From assembly GCA_964623635.1 (NCBI GenBank), contig CAZUUA010000001.1:35452-99451 (forward strand): 64,000 nucleotides of DNA. The letters run 5' to 3'. The position numbers were made by a program, and so were the translations under genes. Below the pieces are notes generated by a model, which was not told the DNA's origin, did no database searches, and saw only the letters and a program-made list of their open reading frames with translations. The stretch is from an uncultured Ruminococcus sp. Lineage in GTDB: Bacteria > Bacillota > Clostridia > Oscillospirales > CAG-272. Of this stretch, positions 1 through 10,100 are shown piece after piece (position 1 is the first letter of the stretch; each line of letters starts with the position of its first letter).

Positions 1-206
1 CCAATGCCGGATAGGGTGCTTTCCGGGCAGAAGGGCACATTGATCTTCTGCACGTCGCCGGTGTCAAAATTGTTGTCGGCGAAAAGTTTGCGGTCGAGGC
101 CGGAGAGACCGAAATCAAACTGAAAATCCCAGGTGCCGTTCAGGTTCATCCAGTCCGAACGAACAAACTGCGGACGGGGATATTCCGGACGAGGTATATT
201 GGTCAT
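1..206 (-). CDS. Glycoside hydrolase family 2-like protein, N-terminal fragment (gene runs off the left window edge)
   Basis: Reverse-strand ATG at 206-204 is preceded by AGGAGA. The translation MTNIPRPEYPRPQFVRSDWMNLNGTWDFQFDF... is colinear with the N-terminus of the complete GH2-like CDS at 56775-58514. It is absent from the ORF track because it is truncated. Confidence 0.7.
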   Translation of the reverse strand, partial: MTNIPRPEYPRPQFVRSDWMNLNGTWDFQFDFGLSGLDRKLFADNNFDTGDVQKINVPFCPESTLSGI

Positions 207-220
207 GTTTTTTCTCCTAT

Positions 221-262
221 GGAAAAGGCAGAGGATCGTATGCAGTCGCACATACCTCTGCC
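221..262 (-). terminator. Rho-independent terminator after the DUF1667 gene
   Basis: Minus-strand hairpin GGCAGAGG (262-255) / CCTCTGCC (234-227), followed by TTTTCC. Confidence 0.6.
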
Positions 263-278
263 ACTTTTGATCAGTCTA

Positions 279-644
279 TTACTGTACGTTCTTGCAGGCC
301 ACCAGATCCACGCCGGATTCCATGAAATCCTTCAGCAGAACCGTGCCAGCCGTGATGGGAGCCGATACCGTAAAGCCGGCCAGCTCCTTCATGGCAGCAA
401 ACAACAGCTCCCGGGAAAGAGGATGGTTGGTCTTTACGGGCAGGGTCTTGGCACCGCTCTTGGCGTTTTCCAAGGATACCGTGGTGGTCAGGGTGCGCAC
501 CGGATGGGTCACTTCGTTTTCGGCATAGATCTTCCCACGGGGACAGGTATTGCCTTTTACCTCTGTGACCTTGCCGTCCTCCAGCGTTACGGTGATCCGA
601 CAGCCGGCAGGGCAGACAACACAGGTCAGTTCTCTTGTTTCCAT
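279..644 (-). CDS. DUF1667 domain-containing protein
   Basis: 121 aa with the cysteine pattern CVVCPAGC...NTCPRG. It abuts the upstream oxidoreductase gene. This is the usual third gene of the GlpA-like / oxidoreductase / DUF1667 cluster of anaerobic Firmicutes. Confidence 0.75.
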   Translation of the reverse strand: METRELTCVVCPAGCRITVTLEDGKVTEVKGNTCPRGKIYAENEVTHPVRTLTTTVSLENAKSGAKTLPVKTNHPLSRELLFAAMKELAGFTVSAPITAGTVLLKDFMESGVDLVACKNVQ

Positions 645-645
645 G

Positions 646-1926
646 TTACATTTCCTCCAATGCTACCGTGATCGATGCGATCTTTTCTTCCTGCAGCGCA
701 GACAGCACGTCCACCGGCAGGGTCAGAGATTCCATCTCACCCGGTGCCACAGCGCTCTTTGCCTTCTTTACCAGCACCTTGCCACTCTCATCGGTGATGG
801 TCAGCCGTACTTTCTTGAAAATATCCGTTACTCTAAAGAACAGGCGAACCTCTTCCTTGGGGTCTGCGACAATGTCGATCCGTTCCGGTACCGTGTAGCG
901 CACGCCGTGTCCGGTCTGGACAGCCACAGAATGAACGGTAGGTGCCGTTTTGCCCAGGATCCGTTCTGCGGCGGCTCGACCGGCAATGGCGGCTTCCTCG
1001 GATACAAAGTCTACCAGGTCGTGTACGTGCAGCACGTTGCCGCAGGCGTAGATGCCCTCGGTCTCCGTCTCCCGATTCTGGTTCACAAAGGCACCATTGG
1101 TCATTCGGTCGATGGCAACACCGGCGCCGCGGGTCAGCTCGTTTTCCGGGATCAGACCAACGGATAAGAGCAGCGTGTCGCAGTCGTAGGTGATCTCGGT
1201 ACCGGGGATGGGACGGCGGTTTTCGTCCACCTCGGCAACGGTCACAGACTCCACTCTGTCCTTGCCGCCGATGTTTGTCACGGTGTGGGACAGGTACAGC
1301 GGAATGTCAAAGTCTTCCAGGCACTGTACGATGTTTCTTGCCAGACCGCCGGAGTAGGGCATCAACTCGCAGACGGCCAGCACCTTGGCGCCTTCCAGGG
1401 TCATCCGTCTTGCCATGATTAGACCAATGTCACCGGAGCCCAGGATCACGACCCGACGGCCGGGCATATAGCCTTCCACGTTCACGTACCGCTGTGCCGT
1501 GCCTGCCGTGAAGATACCGGCCGGACGAGTACCGGGGATGTTCAGCGCCCCTCTGGTCCGTTCTCTGCAGCCCATGGCTAAGATCACGCAGTCGGCGGAG
1601 CAGGTCACATAACCGGTCTCCGGGGACACATAGGTCACTTCCTTGTTTGCGGACAGGGACAGCACCATGGCGTTGACGGTGACGGTCAGTCCGGCTGCCT
1701 TAGCCATTTCGATATAGCGACCGGCGTATTCCGGACCGGTCAGCTCTTCGCCGAACCGGTGCAGACCAAAGCCGGCGTGGATACACTGGTTCAGGATACC
1801 ACCGGGTTCACTGTCTCGTTCCAGAATGCAGATGTCTGCCGGCGAGAGACCGTTTTCTACCGCAGAGAGAGCAGCAGCCAGCCCGGCAGGACCGCCGCCG
1901 ATGACGATGAGTTTCTTGTGCATCAT
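646..1926 (-). CDS. NAD(P)/FAD-dependent oxidoreductase (pyridine nucleotide-disulfide oxidoreductase family)
   Basis: Two Rossmann dinucleotide motifs are present: IVIGGGPAGLAAA and VVILGSGDIGLIMA. The start overlaps the stop of the upstream gene by 4 nt. Confidence 0.8.
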   Translation of the reverse strand: MMHKKLIVIGGGPAGLAAALSAVENGLSPADICILERDSEPGGILNQCIHAGFGLHRFGEELTGPEYAGRYIEMAKAAGLTVTVNAMVLSLSANKEVTYVSPETGYVTCSADCVILAMGCRERTRGALNIPGTRPAGIFTAGTAQRYVNVEGYMPGRRVVILGSGDIGLIMARRMTLEGAKVLAVCELMPYSGGLARNIVQCLEDFDIPLYLSHTVTNIGGKDRVESVTVAEVDENRRPIPGTEITYDCDTLLLSVGLIPENELTRGAGVAIDRMTNGAFVNQNRETETEGIYACGNVLHVHDLVDFVSEEAAIAGRAAAERILGKTAPTVHSVAVQTGHGVRYTVPERIDIVADPKEEVRLFFRVTDIFKKVRLTITDESGKVLVKKAKSAVAPGEMESLTLPVDVLSALQEEKIASITVALEEM

Positions 1927-3389
1927 TCCTTGTCGCCTCCTTTGGTGTTTTTGGGAACCACCAGCCAGGACTTTCCGCCACGCTTGGTGACCGTTTCCAG
2001 ACCGGCCTGTTCATGCTCGGCAATGATGGCTGCCACACGGGGAGAGCAAAAGCCACCCTGACAGCGACCCATGCCGCTGCGGTTCCGGCTCTTCTGCATA
2101 TCCAGGGTGATGGCCGGGATGGGAGAATCCAGTGCATCCAGAATGTCCCCTTCGGTCACGGTCTCACAGCGGCAGATGATCTTGCCGTAGGCCGGATTTC
2201 TCCGGATCGCTTCGTTCTTTTCCTCTGCACGCATCTGCCGGAACAGCTTGTGGTTGCCGTCTTTCCGTCTGGTGGGGATAAAGTTGTCTTTGTCGGTGAA
2301 CTTCAGACCGGCATCGGTCAGCAGCTCTGCAATGTATTCTGCCGTAGCAGGACCGGAGGCAAAGCCGGGAGATTCTACGCCCACGGCATGGACCACACCG
2401 GGCAGCTGCTCGGAGTTCTTGATATAGAAGTCGTAAATATTGGGTGTCGGACGTACACCGGAGAAGGAGGTGATGGCGTTGCGGGTGTTCACCGACGGCA
2501 TGAGATGCAGGGCACCGGCAGTGATCTCGTCCAGACCCGGCTGGGTGGTGCGGGTGTCGTCGGGATCGTCGATGGCGTAGGCGTTGGGCCCGATGATCAG
2601 GTTGCCGTCCACGGTGGGGCTAACCAGGATCCCCTTACCACGGCTGGAGGGGACCACAAACAGGGTCGCATTTGCCATGTTGCCGCAGATCTTATCCATC
2701 ACGATGTACTCACCACGACGGGGCTGGATGGTGATGGGGAAGTCGTGCTCGCCCAGGATCTCTGCGACCTCGGCGGAATGCACACCGGCGCAGTTGACTA
2801 TGTACCGGGCTGCCACAGTGGTTTCCCCATTGGTCACATAGTAGATCCCACCGGCATGGGAGCAGTCGTCTACCTTGAAATTGAAATAGAAATCCACGCC
2901 ATTGGTAGCGGCACATTCGGCGGCAGCAATGGTGATCCCATAGGGACAGGTGATAGCAGCGGTGGGTGCCCAGAGAGAATGGGTAGCCTCCGGGGAAATG
3001 TTGGGCTCCATGTGGCGCAGCTCGTCCTGCTCAATGATCCGCAGATCCGGCACACCATTGGCGATCCCTCTTTCGTACAGCTCCTTCAGGTGCTTGGTGT
3101 CTTCCTCACCAAAGCCCACCACATGGGAGCCTACGTTCTTCACTTCCACATCCAGCTCACGAGCGATCTCCTTCATAAGCTTGTTGCCTCGTACATTGAG
3201 GCGTGCTTTCAGGGTGCCCGGCTTGGCATCATATCCGGCGTGTACGATGGCAGAGTTGGCTCTGGTGGCCCCCATGGCAACATCGCATCCGGCTTCGCAT
3301 ACGGCGACTGTGCAGGTCTTGGCAGAGAGATAACGAGCCGTCATCACTCCGGTGACCCCTGCGCCGATGATCAATACATCGTAAATCAT
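1923..3389 (-). CDS. FAD-dependent glycerol-3-phosphate dehydrogenase-like oxidoreductase with C-terminal BFD-like [2Fe-2S] domain
   Basis: I take the start at the internal ATG (MIYDVLIIGAGVTGV...) rather than the 529-aa ORF start. The DAO-type FAD motif is at the N-terminus. The C-terminal CRCETVTEGDI...GRCQGGFC pattern is typical of the BFD-like domain. Confidence 0.75.
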   Translation of the reverse strand: MIYDVLIIGAGVTGVMTARYLSAKTCTVAVCEAGCDVAMGATRANSAIVHAGYDAKPGTLKARLNVRGNKLMKEIARELDVEVKNVGSHVVGFGEEDTKHLKELYERGIANGVPDLRIIEQDELRHMEPNISPEATHSLWAPTAAITCPYGITIAAAECAATNGVDFYFNFKVDDCSHAGGIYYVTNGETTVAARYIVNCAGVHSAEVAEILGEHDFPITIQPRRGEYIVMDKICGNMANATLFVVPSSRGKGILVSPTVDGNLIIGPNAYAIDDPDDTRTTQPGLDEITAGALHLMPSVNTRNAITSFSGVRPTPNIYDFYIKNSEQLPGVVHAVGVESPGFASGPATAEYIAELLTDAGLKFTDKDNFIPTRRKDGNHKLFRQMRAEEKNEAIRRNPAYGKIICRCETVTEGDILDALDSPIPAITLDMQKSRNRSGMGRCQGGFCSPRVAAIIAEHEQAGLETVTKRGGKSWLVVPKNTKGGDKE

Positions 3390-3766
3390 GAAATTGTAAC
3401 TTGCCTTTCTGTCTTCCGTGCTCCGGGCAGTCTGGCCGGGGAGACGGGACGGTATGGTAAAGGCGGCTGCTTTCGACAGAGAAAACCGAAAAATCTCCGC
3501 TCTCGTCATCAAACAGCATTCCTTACTATAAGTATATCACAAAGCCTTGGTCAATACAACAAAAAATGCAAAAAAATTTTTGTGAGATTCTCCGAATCCT
3601 TTGGAAATTTGGGGAAGACTGTTGTAATTATGCGCAGAGTGTGGTATGATATGGAAAGAATCGTCTGTCTGAAATTGGTACGATTTAGCAAAATAGCCGA
3701 TTTCGGAAAAACAAGCAGGACCACAAAGACATATGATCCCATCGAAAGCAAAGGAGAAGCACATAT

Positions 3767-4801
3767 ATGGCAGAAGAGATCCGTGAAGTGGAAATGAGAG
3801 AGGGCACCGCACTGACAGCCCAGGCAAGAGCGCTCATCGATGAAGTGGAAAAGGTCGTGATCGGGAAGCACAATGAGGTGGTGCTTTTGGTGACGGCGCT
3901 GCTGGCCGGCGGACACGTGCTGATCGAGGACGTGCCCGGTACCGGGAAGACCACGCTGGCCTCCGCATTGGCAAGAGCGGCAGGACTGGACTTCAATCGT
4001 GCCCAGTTTACCCCGGACGTGATGGCATCGGATATCACCGGCTTCAACGTATACAATCGACAGAAGGAACAGTTTGAGTTCAACGAAGGTCTGGTCATGA
4101 CCAACATCCTTTTGGCCGATGAGATCAACCGTGCCTCGCCCAAGACCCAGTCGGCGCTGTTGGAGGCCATGGAGGAATCCCGTGTGACCGTAGACGGTGT
4201 GACCTATCCGGTGCCGGATCCGTTCATGGTCATCGCCACCCAGAACCCCACCGGCTACGTAGGTACCTATCCGCTGCCGGAAGCCCAGCTGGACCGTTTC
4301 GCCATGCGGCTGTCCATGGGATATCCCACGCTGACCGAGGAAGTGCAGATCATCACCGACCGCCGGAAGACCAGTCCCATGGAAAAGGTGCGTCCCATCA
4401 CGGATATGGAGACCATCCGGATGCTGCGTGCCATGGTGCAGAACGTGACCGTCTCGCCGGAGATCGCCGAATACATCGTCACCCTGATCCACGCCACCCG
4501 AAAATCCCGGAAGCTGTCCTTGGGTGCGTCTCCCCGTGCGTCCCTGCTGTTGATGAAGCTGTCCCAGGCCTATGCCTTCTTAAAGGAAAGAGACTATGTA
4601 AAGCCCGAGGACGTGGCGTTCGTATTCACACCGGGCATTGCACACCGTATCGTCCTGAGCCAGGAAGCAAGACTGAACCGGGAAACGGCAGAGGGCATTT
4701 TGTCCGAGCTGCTCCGTGGTACCGATGTGCCCTTCCATGGGGAACGGTATTCCGACAAGCCCAATCGCCGCCGGGAAGATCGGGACAATAAGGAAGCGTA
4801 A
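3767..4801 (+). CDS. MoxR-family AAA+ ATPase
   Basis: Walker A is DVPGTGKTTLA and Walker B/sensor is LLADEINRASPKTQSALLEAMEE. An AAGGAGA RBS precedes the start. Confidence 0.9.
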   Translation: MAEEIREVEMREGTALTAQARALIDEVEKVVIGKHNEVVLLVTALLAGGHVLIEDVPGTGKTTLASALARAAGLDFNRAQFTPDVMASDITGFNVYNRQKEQFEFNEGLVMTNILLADEINRASPKTQSALLEAMEESRVTVDGVTYPVPDPFMVIATQNPTGYVGTYPLPEAQLDRFAMRLSMGYPTLTEEVQIITDRRKTSPMEKVRPITDMETIRMLRAMVQNVTVSPEIAEYIVTLIHATRKSRKLSLGASPRASLLLMKLSQAYAFLKERDYVKPEDVAFVFTPGIAHRIVLSQEARLNRETAEGILSELLRGTDVPFHGERYSDKPNRRREDRDNKEA

Positions 4802-4813
4802 GGAGAGCCGCCG

Positions 4814-6487
4814 ATGAAAGAATCCCATACAGGTCACACTCCCTTCCGGCTCCATGGGGGACTGGCGATTTATGGTGCGTTGTTCGTCTTTTCGATCGTG
4901 TTCACCCAGGCACTGCGATCCATTGCCTCGTCCCTCTTTTTCACGTTCCTGCTTTTGTATCCCATCGTGGCGCTGCTGTACGTGCTCATCGGTCGGCTGA
5001 CGATCCAGGTGTTCGTGCAGGCGGACCAGACCCGGACAGAGAAAATGACGCCCACGGCCTATGAGATGCGGATCATCAATCCCACGCCGCTGGTCTTTCC
5101 CTTTGTGGAGGCGCATCTGCAAATGCCCCAACCGGATGGGATCCGCTGTGAACGCCGCACCATGCGCCTGACCCTGCTGCCGCTGGATAGCTGCAACATC
5201 GCAGAAAAGGCCGTCTTTCCCTATCGAGGCACCTATGAGATCGGCATGGAGGACGTGTACATCAGCGATTTTCTGCGACTGTTCAGCATTCGTCTGCCCG
5301 TGGATATCTACACGAATATCCTGGTGATGCCCAGACGCCTGGGTGCCGAACGCCGCACGAGGACCTCTGCCACCGATATCCCCAACGACAATGCCGCACT
5401 GGTCTTCTCTACGGAAAAGGCAGAGATCGGCAATATCCGGGAATACATCCCCGGCGACGCACTAAAATCCATCCACTGGAAGCTGTCCTCCAAAACGCCG
5501 CAGACGCTGATGGTCAAGGAGTTCAACACCAACACGTCCCGGCAGGTATATGTGCTGTGCGATTTTTCCTGCGCCATTCCACCGGACGTGTTTGCACCGG
5601 AGGAAAAGGAAGAAAAGCCGGAAAAGCCGATGAAAAAAGAAAACGAAGCCGTGAAGCTCCAGACACCGTTGTCCGTGGAAAAACCGAAGAAGGTGAAAAA
5701 GCGCAAGGGCAGAACGGCTGTAGGGGAAGCGGATGCGGCCATGATCGACGAGCTGATCGCCGGTACTGCCGAGCCCACCGCCATGGGGATCCTCCGTGAC
5801 AAGCTGACGGACAAAAGACAACAGCAGGTGGCAAAGCAGGTGCAAAAGCTCACAGAGTCCCTGAACGGAGACGGCGCACCAAAGGAAAAGGACCCGACAG
5901 CAGACCCGGCTTATCAGGCTGCGTCCCTGGCGATGGGTGGTCGGATCCAGACCAAATACCGGAACGACATGGACGAATACTGTGCCGACGGCGTGGCAGA
6001 GATGGCCATTGCCGTGGTGGAAAACGAACTGCGGCAGGGCAACGAGGTCACGCTGATCTGGATGGACAGCCGTATGGAAGACGGTATCGCCTGTGCGTAT
6101 CTGACCTGTGTGGAAGACTTTACGGCTCTGTACGAGACCTTTGCCACCACGCCGGCCTGCACGGAGCACCAGACCTTGGAACGACTGCTGCCCTTGATCA
6201 CCGAATCCCTGAACGTGACCATCCGCATCTGCACGTCCCACATCGATCCGGTGTCCTTGGGACAATATGGTGCGATCCCCTCGCTGTTTGGCGGCGCCGG
6301 CAGTGGATGTCTGGCAGAGGTGCTGCTGTTCAATCCGGAGGAACGCTACGAAAACGTGTCCCTGCGCCGGGAATATGTTGCCATGAGCCGGATCCAGCTG
6401 GCAAAGGATGGGGTCGAGTTGACGGAGCTGTCGGTGGAAAACGAGACCGAAGGCACGCCCATCCTGCGTGAAGTACAAAATAGGTAA
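4814..6487 (+). CDS. DUF58 domain-containing membrane protein (MoxR partner)
   Basis: It carries the DUF58 signature IREYIPGDALKSIHWKLSSK and two N-terminal TM helices. A central K/E/P-rich low-complexity insert (PEEKEEKPEKPMKKENE...) is also present. Confidence 0.8.
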   Translation: MKESHTGHTPFRLHGGLAIYGALFVFSIVFTQALRSIASSLFFTFLLLYPIVALLYVLIGRLTIQVFVQADQTRTEKMTPTAYEMRIINPTPLVFPFVEAHLQMPQPDGIRCERRTMRLTLLPLDSCNIAEKAVFPYRGTYEIGMEDVYISDFLRLFSIRLPVDIYTNILVMPRRLGAERRTRTSATDIPNDNAALVFSTEKAEIGNIREYIPGDALKSIHWKLSSKTPQTLMVKEFNTNTSRQVYVLCDFSCAIPPDVFAPEEKEEKPEKPMKKENEAVKLQTPLSVEKPKKVKKRKGRTAVGEADAAMIDELIAGTAEPTAMGILRDKLTDKRQQQVAKQVQKLTESLNGDGAPKEKDPTADPAYQAASLAMGGRIQTKYRNDMDEYCADGVAEMAIAVVENELRQGNEVTLIWMDSRMEDGIACAYLTCVEDFTALYETFATTPACTEHQTLERLLPLITESLNVTIRICTSHIDPVSLGQYGAIPSLFGGAGSGCLAEVLLFNPEERYENVSLRREYVAMSRIQLAKDGVELTELSVENETEGTPILREVQNR

Positions 6488-6502
6488 GGAGGGAAAACGT
6501 CT

Positions 6503-9500
6503 ATGAATATACGATGGGATCCTGCCGTGAGACGGATTTCCCGGAAAAGACAGTTTTCCCGGAAAAAAACGGAGCTGACTCTGTCCCAAAAGGTAGAGAA
6601 GCGGCTCACGGCACTGCAAAAGGAAGAGCGGTCTGCCGAAGGTGAAGCGGTGTCTGTTTCGCCGGAAAAGAATATGAGCACCCTGATGACCGTCCTTGGC
6701 TGGCTGGGCAGAGCACTGCTGCTCTTTGCCATCCTGTACGGCACGGGGCTGTTCCTGTGCGATGCCCTGCGGCTGGTCAGTCTGACAGGCAAGCGGCCGA
6801 TCTCCGAGGTGGTGCTGTCCACCAAATATCTGCTGGGTGTCTGTGCCCTGTATGCGGTGTTCTTTTCGGTCTGTGCCTGGAACCGATTGACAAAATGGCT
6901 CCTGCCGGTGGTGGGACTGGGCGGCGGCTTTCTCTGGCTGTGTACGCAGGCGACGGATCCACTGCGGTATCTCTTTGAGTCCCTGCGGATGACAGCCGAC
7001 CTGGCACTGGACAACTTGGCCCAGATCGGTTATACGGCCTACGTGCGCTACAGCTACGAAGGCAGCTATGTCTACACGAATATGGAAGCGATGGCGAAGC
7101 TGGGCGTGGCGGTGGTGCTGCTGGTTTTTGGCGTGTTCTTTGCCATCGGTATGCTGCGGCGCACACGACCGATCCTTTTGACACTGTTCATTGCACTGGA
7201 AATGGTGCCGGTGTTCCTGTTCAATATCACCGAGACCAACAAGGGTCTGGCGTGGCTGCTGGTATCCATCTGGGGACTGCTCTGTCTGTGGTTCTACGAT
7301 GTGCGGTACGCCGTGGGACAGGAAAGCGCCATGGCAAAAGCTGCACTGCGCCGGGAAAAAAAGGCAGCGAAAAAGGCGGCTCGGCTTGCCAAAAAAGAAG
7401 AAAAGAAAAAGCGCCGGATGCAGGAGAAGCTGTCCTATCTGACGGTGCTGCAGGACGGTGGCAATCGCAAGGATGCGGTAGCTGCTCGACAAGCGCTGCG
7501 GAAGGCGGAGAAGACACGCAAACTGGCCGAAAAAACGCAGGCCAAAAAGCTGGCACTTGCCAAAAAGACAGAACGGAAGGAAGCACGTCTTTCGGCCAAG
7601 AAGGCAAAGAAGGAAGCCAAGGCTGCTATGGCCGACAGAAGACGTGCCGCCGGTGGCAACAAGGAAGCGCTTGGTGCACTGCGTTCCAGCGAAAAAACCA
7701 AGAAGGATGCCCTGCGAGAGCAGAAGCAAACGGCACGCAAAAATGCACGGGTCGAAAGACGCACGAAGCTGCTTACGGCCAACCGGAAGATCGCCGGTGG
7801 TGGCTTTGCGGCGGTGCTGTCGATGGTTGTAGCTGCGGTGGCGATCTGGCTGCCGGTGAAGGTGATCGAGGAGAATTTCCCCATCATCGATGCCATCAAC
7901 AACCGGATGCAGATCGCCCGGATGTACGTGACGGCCTACCTGATGGGAGACGACGTGGATCTGAACTCCCTGTCCCTGTACGGCGGTGTGTCGGAGCTGA
8001 ATCCTCGGACGGTCAGCTTCGATTCGCCCCAGTTCACCGGACAGCGTGTGTTTACGGTGGATTCCGGCTATGCGGCACCGGTGTATCTGCGGAGCTGGAT
8101 GGGACAGAACTACGACCTTGAAACGGACACCTGGACCTCGGCTGACGCAGATGCGGTGCTGGACTACCGGAGCCGGTTCGGTTCGGCCTTTACGCCGGAC
8201 AGTATCACCACGGCCTTCAACGGGTATGTATATCCCAAGTCCGTGGACGTGACCCGGTTCGACCAATATCGGAACCTGGATGCCTATGGGTTCCGGGTGT
8301 TCCAGGTGAATGTACGGCGCACGGCAGGCTCCAGTAAGCTGCTGTTTGTGCCGGCCACCATGAACACGAATCTAAAGCTCATGGAGTACGGCAGCATCCA
8401 ACCGGTGAAGCTGAAATATTCGGCGTACTACGATGGGATCTATTCGTCCCGTTTCTTTGGGGTAGACGATGGCTATTCCACCTCCTCCTTCGTTCCGGTG
8501 ATGAAGGATCCGGCGCTGGGGGAAAATCTGGAAAACTCCATCCAATACTACAACGAGGCACTGCGGATCGCCGAACAGATCGACTTTATCGAGGATTCTG
8601 CCGAGCAGGGCATTTACTACGTGGACGACGAAGACAGCTACACCATGACCAACGGCCGGGACTACGTGACCGACTACAGCGGTCTGGTGATGGATTTTGA
8701 ATCCTGGGCAAAGAGTGAGCTGGGCTACAAATGGGACGGCGACAGCTTGGTCTATCGGTATCTTGCCATGGACGACAGTGACCGAGAGGCATTTTTGGCT
8801 TCTCACAAGAAGGAAATGGCGTATCGGGAATACGTATATGAGACCTACACCGAACCCTTTGGCAGCGATGTGATCGCAGATTTAGCCAAGGAGATCCTTG
8901 CAGAAAACAGCATTCGTATGGCAGAACCACGGCAGAATCTCATCGTAGAATCCCGTTGGGCAGATTACGAGTCCACGTGGTTCTATAATGAGGAGATGCG
9001 TGAAGCGATGCCCCGGCACGACGTGATCTTAGCGGTCATTGGCTATCTCCGGGAGAACTACACATACTCACTGGAGCCGGCGGTGCCTATGACCACGGTG
9101 GTGGACGAGGACGGCAATACAGTGGAAGTGCCGGATATCCACTACGACAGCGACCTGGAAGCGTTCCTCATGGAGGTCAAGGAAGGGTATTGCGTCCACT
9201 TTGCCACTTCAGCGGTAGGACTGCTGCGGGAGCTGGGCTTTGCGGTGCGGTACACGGAAGGGTACATTGCGGACGGCTTTACCAGAAGCTACGCATCGGA
9301 TGCGGTAGCCCGGTATCGGACAGCGGTACGGGACAACGATGCCCATGCATGGATCGAGGTATACTACCCGGATATGGGTTGGGTACAATACGAGACCACG
9401 CCGACCTTCTGTGAAGCGATCTACGATGAAGAATACGAAGAAGCCACCACCAGCACCAGCACGTCTTCCGGCACAAGCTACACCAGCAGCGGCATTACGG

Positions 9501-10015
9501 AGACGGAAACGGAAGAGGAAGAAGAGGTCGAGGAGGACTACACAAACGAGATCATGATCGCCATTGCCGTTGTGGTGGGACTTTTGATCCTGTTCTCGCT
9601 GGTGGTATGGATCCTTGGCAAACGCGCGGAAAAGGCTGCCGCCAGACGGGAAGCTCTGATCCGCCGGACCGACGACAGACGAGAATTTTCTGCCGGTCGA
9701 GTGGACGTACACCAGACGGCAAGAGCACTGATCGACTGCCTCTTTGCCTTGTTCCGTGGCCTTGGTCTGCCCAACGAGCTGGGTGAGCAGCCGACGGAAT
9801 ACGCACTGCGGTTGGAGAAGGAGATCGGTTCGCTGTCCACCACGCCGCTTGTTGAGATCATGGAGATCATCGAGCGTGAGGAATTCGGCGGTACGCTGAC
9901 CTGGCAGGAGCTGCACGCTCTGGGTAAGTGTCTGGAGGATATGTCCAAGGGCGCCTATGCCGGTCTTGGTCTACGACAGAAGATCCGTATGCGGTATCTG
10001 CTGGCTCTGCTGTAA
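6503..10015 (+). CDS. Transglutaminase-like domain-containing polytopic membrane protein
   Basis: The transglutaminase core reads GYCVHFATSAVGLLRELG ... DAHAWIEVYYPDMGWVQYETTP (Cys-His-Asp). There are multiple TM helices. A ~130-aa K/A/R-rich segment and an acidic S/T/E tract follow. Confidence 0.85.
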   Translation: MNIRWDPAVRRISRKRQFSRKKTELTLSQKVEKRLTALQKEERSAEGEAVSVSPEKNMSTLMTVLGWLGRALLLFAILYGTGLFLCDALRLVSLTGKRPISEVVLSTKYLLGVCALYAVFFSVCAWNRLTKWLLPVVGLGGGFLWLCTQATDPLRYLFESLRMTADLALDNLAQIGYTAYVRYSYEGSYVYTNMEAMAKLGVAVVLLVFGVFFAIGMLRRTRPILLTLFIALEMVPVFLFNITETNKGLAWLLVSIWGLLCLWFYDVRYAVGQESAMAKAALRREKKAAKKAARLAKKEEKKKRRMQEKLSYLTVLQDGGNRKDAVAARQALRKAEKTRKLAEKTQAKKLALAKKTERKEARLSAKKAKKEAKAAMADRRRAAGGNKEALGALRSSEKTKKDALREQKQTARKNARVERRTKLLTANRKIAGGGFAAVLSMVVAAVAIWLPVKVIEENFPIIDAINNRMQIARMYVTAYLMGDDVDLNSLSLYGGVSELNPRTVSFDSPQFTGQRVFTVDSGYAAPVYLRSWMGQNYDLETDTWTSADADAVLDYRSRFGSAFTPDSITTAFNGYVYPKSVDVTRFDQYRNLDAYGFRVFQVNVRRTAGSSKLLFVPATMNTNLKLMEYGSIQPVKLKYSAYYDGIYSSRFFGVDDGYSTSSFVPVMKDPALGENLENSIQYYNEALRIAEQIDFIEDSAEQGIYYVDDEDSYTMTNGRDYVTDYSGLVMDFESWAKSELGYKWDGDSLVYRYLAMDDSDREAFLASHKKEMAYREYVYETYTEPFGSDVIADLAKEILAENSIRMAEPRQNLIVESRWADYESTWFYNEEMREAMPRHDVILAVIGYLRENYTYSLEPAVPMTTVVDEDGNTVEVPDIHYDSDLEAFLMEVKEGYCVHFATSAVGLLRELGFAVRYTEGYIADGFTRSYASDAVARYRTAVRDNDAHAWIEVYYPDMGWVQYETTPTFCEAIYDEEYEEATTSTSTSSGTSYTSSGITETETEEEEEVEEDYTNEIMIAIAVVVGLLILFSLVVWILGKRAEKAAARREALIRRTDDRREFSAGRVDVHQTARALIDCLFALFRGLGLPNELGEQPTEYALRLEKEIGSLSTTPLVEIMEIIEREEFGGTLTWQELHALGKCLEDMSKGAYAGLGLRQKIRMRYLLALL

Positions 10016-10100
10016 GGCTTTGAACATGGGATTAAATACTGCATAAGACAAAAATAAAAGCAGGAGCGCATACTCCTGCTTTGTTTTTGTCTATTCTCGA

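Noticed and set aside
3513-3766. Intergenic region between the divergent GlpA-like and MoxR operons, with overlapping ORFs 3537-3827 and 3551-4492. I checked it for a small regulator gene.
   Set aside because: The ORFs have no RBS and no recognisable motifs, and they run antisense into moxR. The region is AT-rich promoter-type DNA.
5462-8266. Very long antisense ORF (934 aa). Similar shadow ORFs lie opposite real genes: 2013-3797, 10140-11822, 11678-13153, 21933-23756, 27671-29485, 30293-32107, 40411-42495, 56715-58151 and 58966-60804.
   Set aside because: Each lies exactly opposite a CDS with clear family motifs and a proper RBS. Their translations are Arg/Gly/His/Pro-rich low-complexity sequence, typical of the stop-poor antisense frames of high-GC genes. 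None has a convincing RBS.
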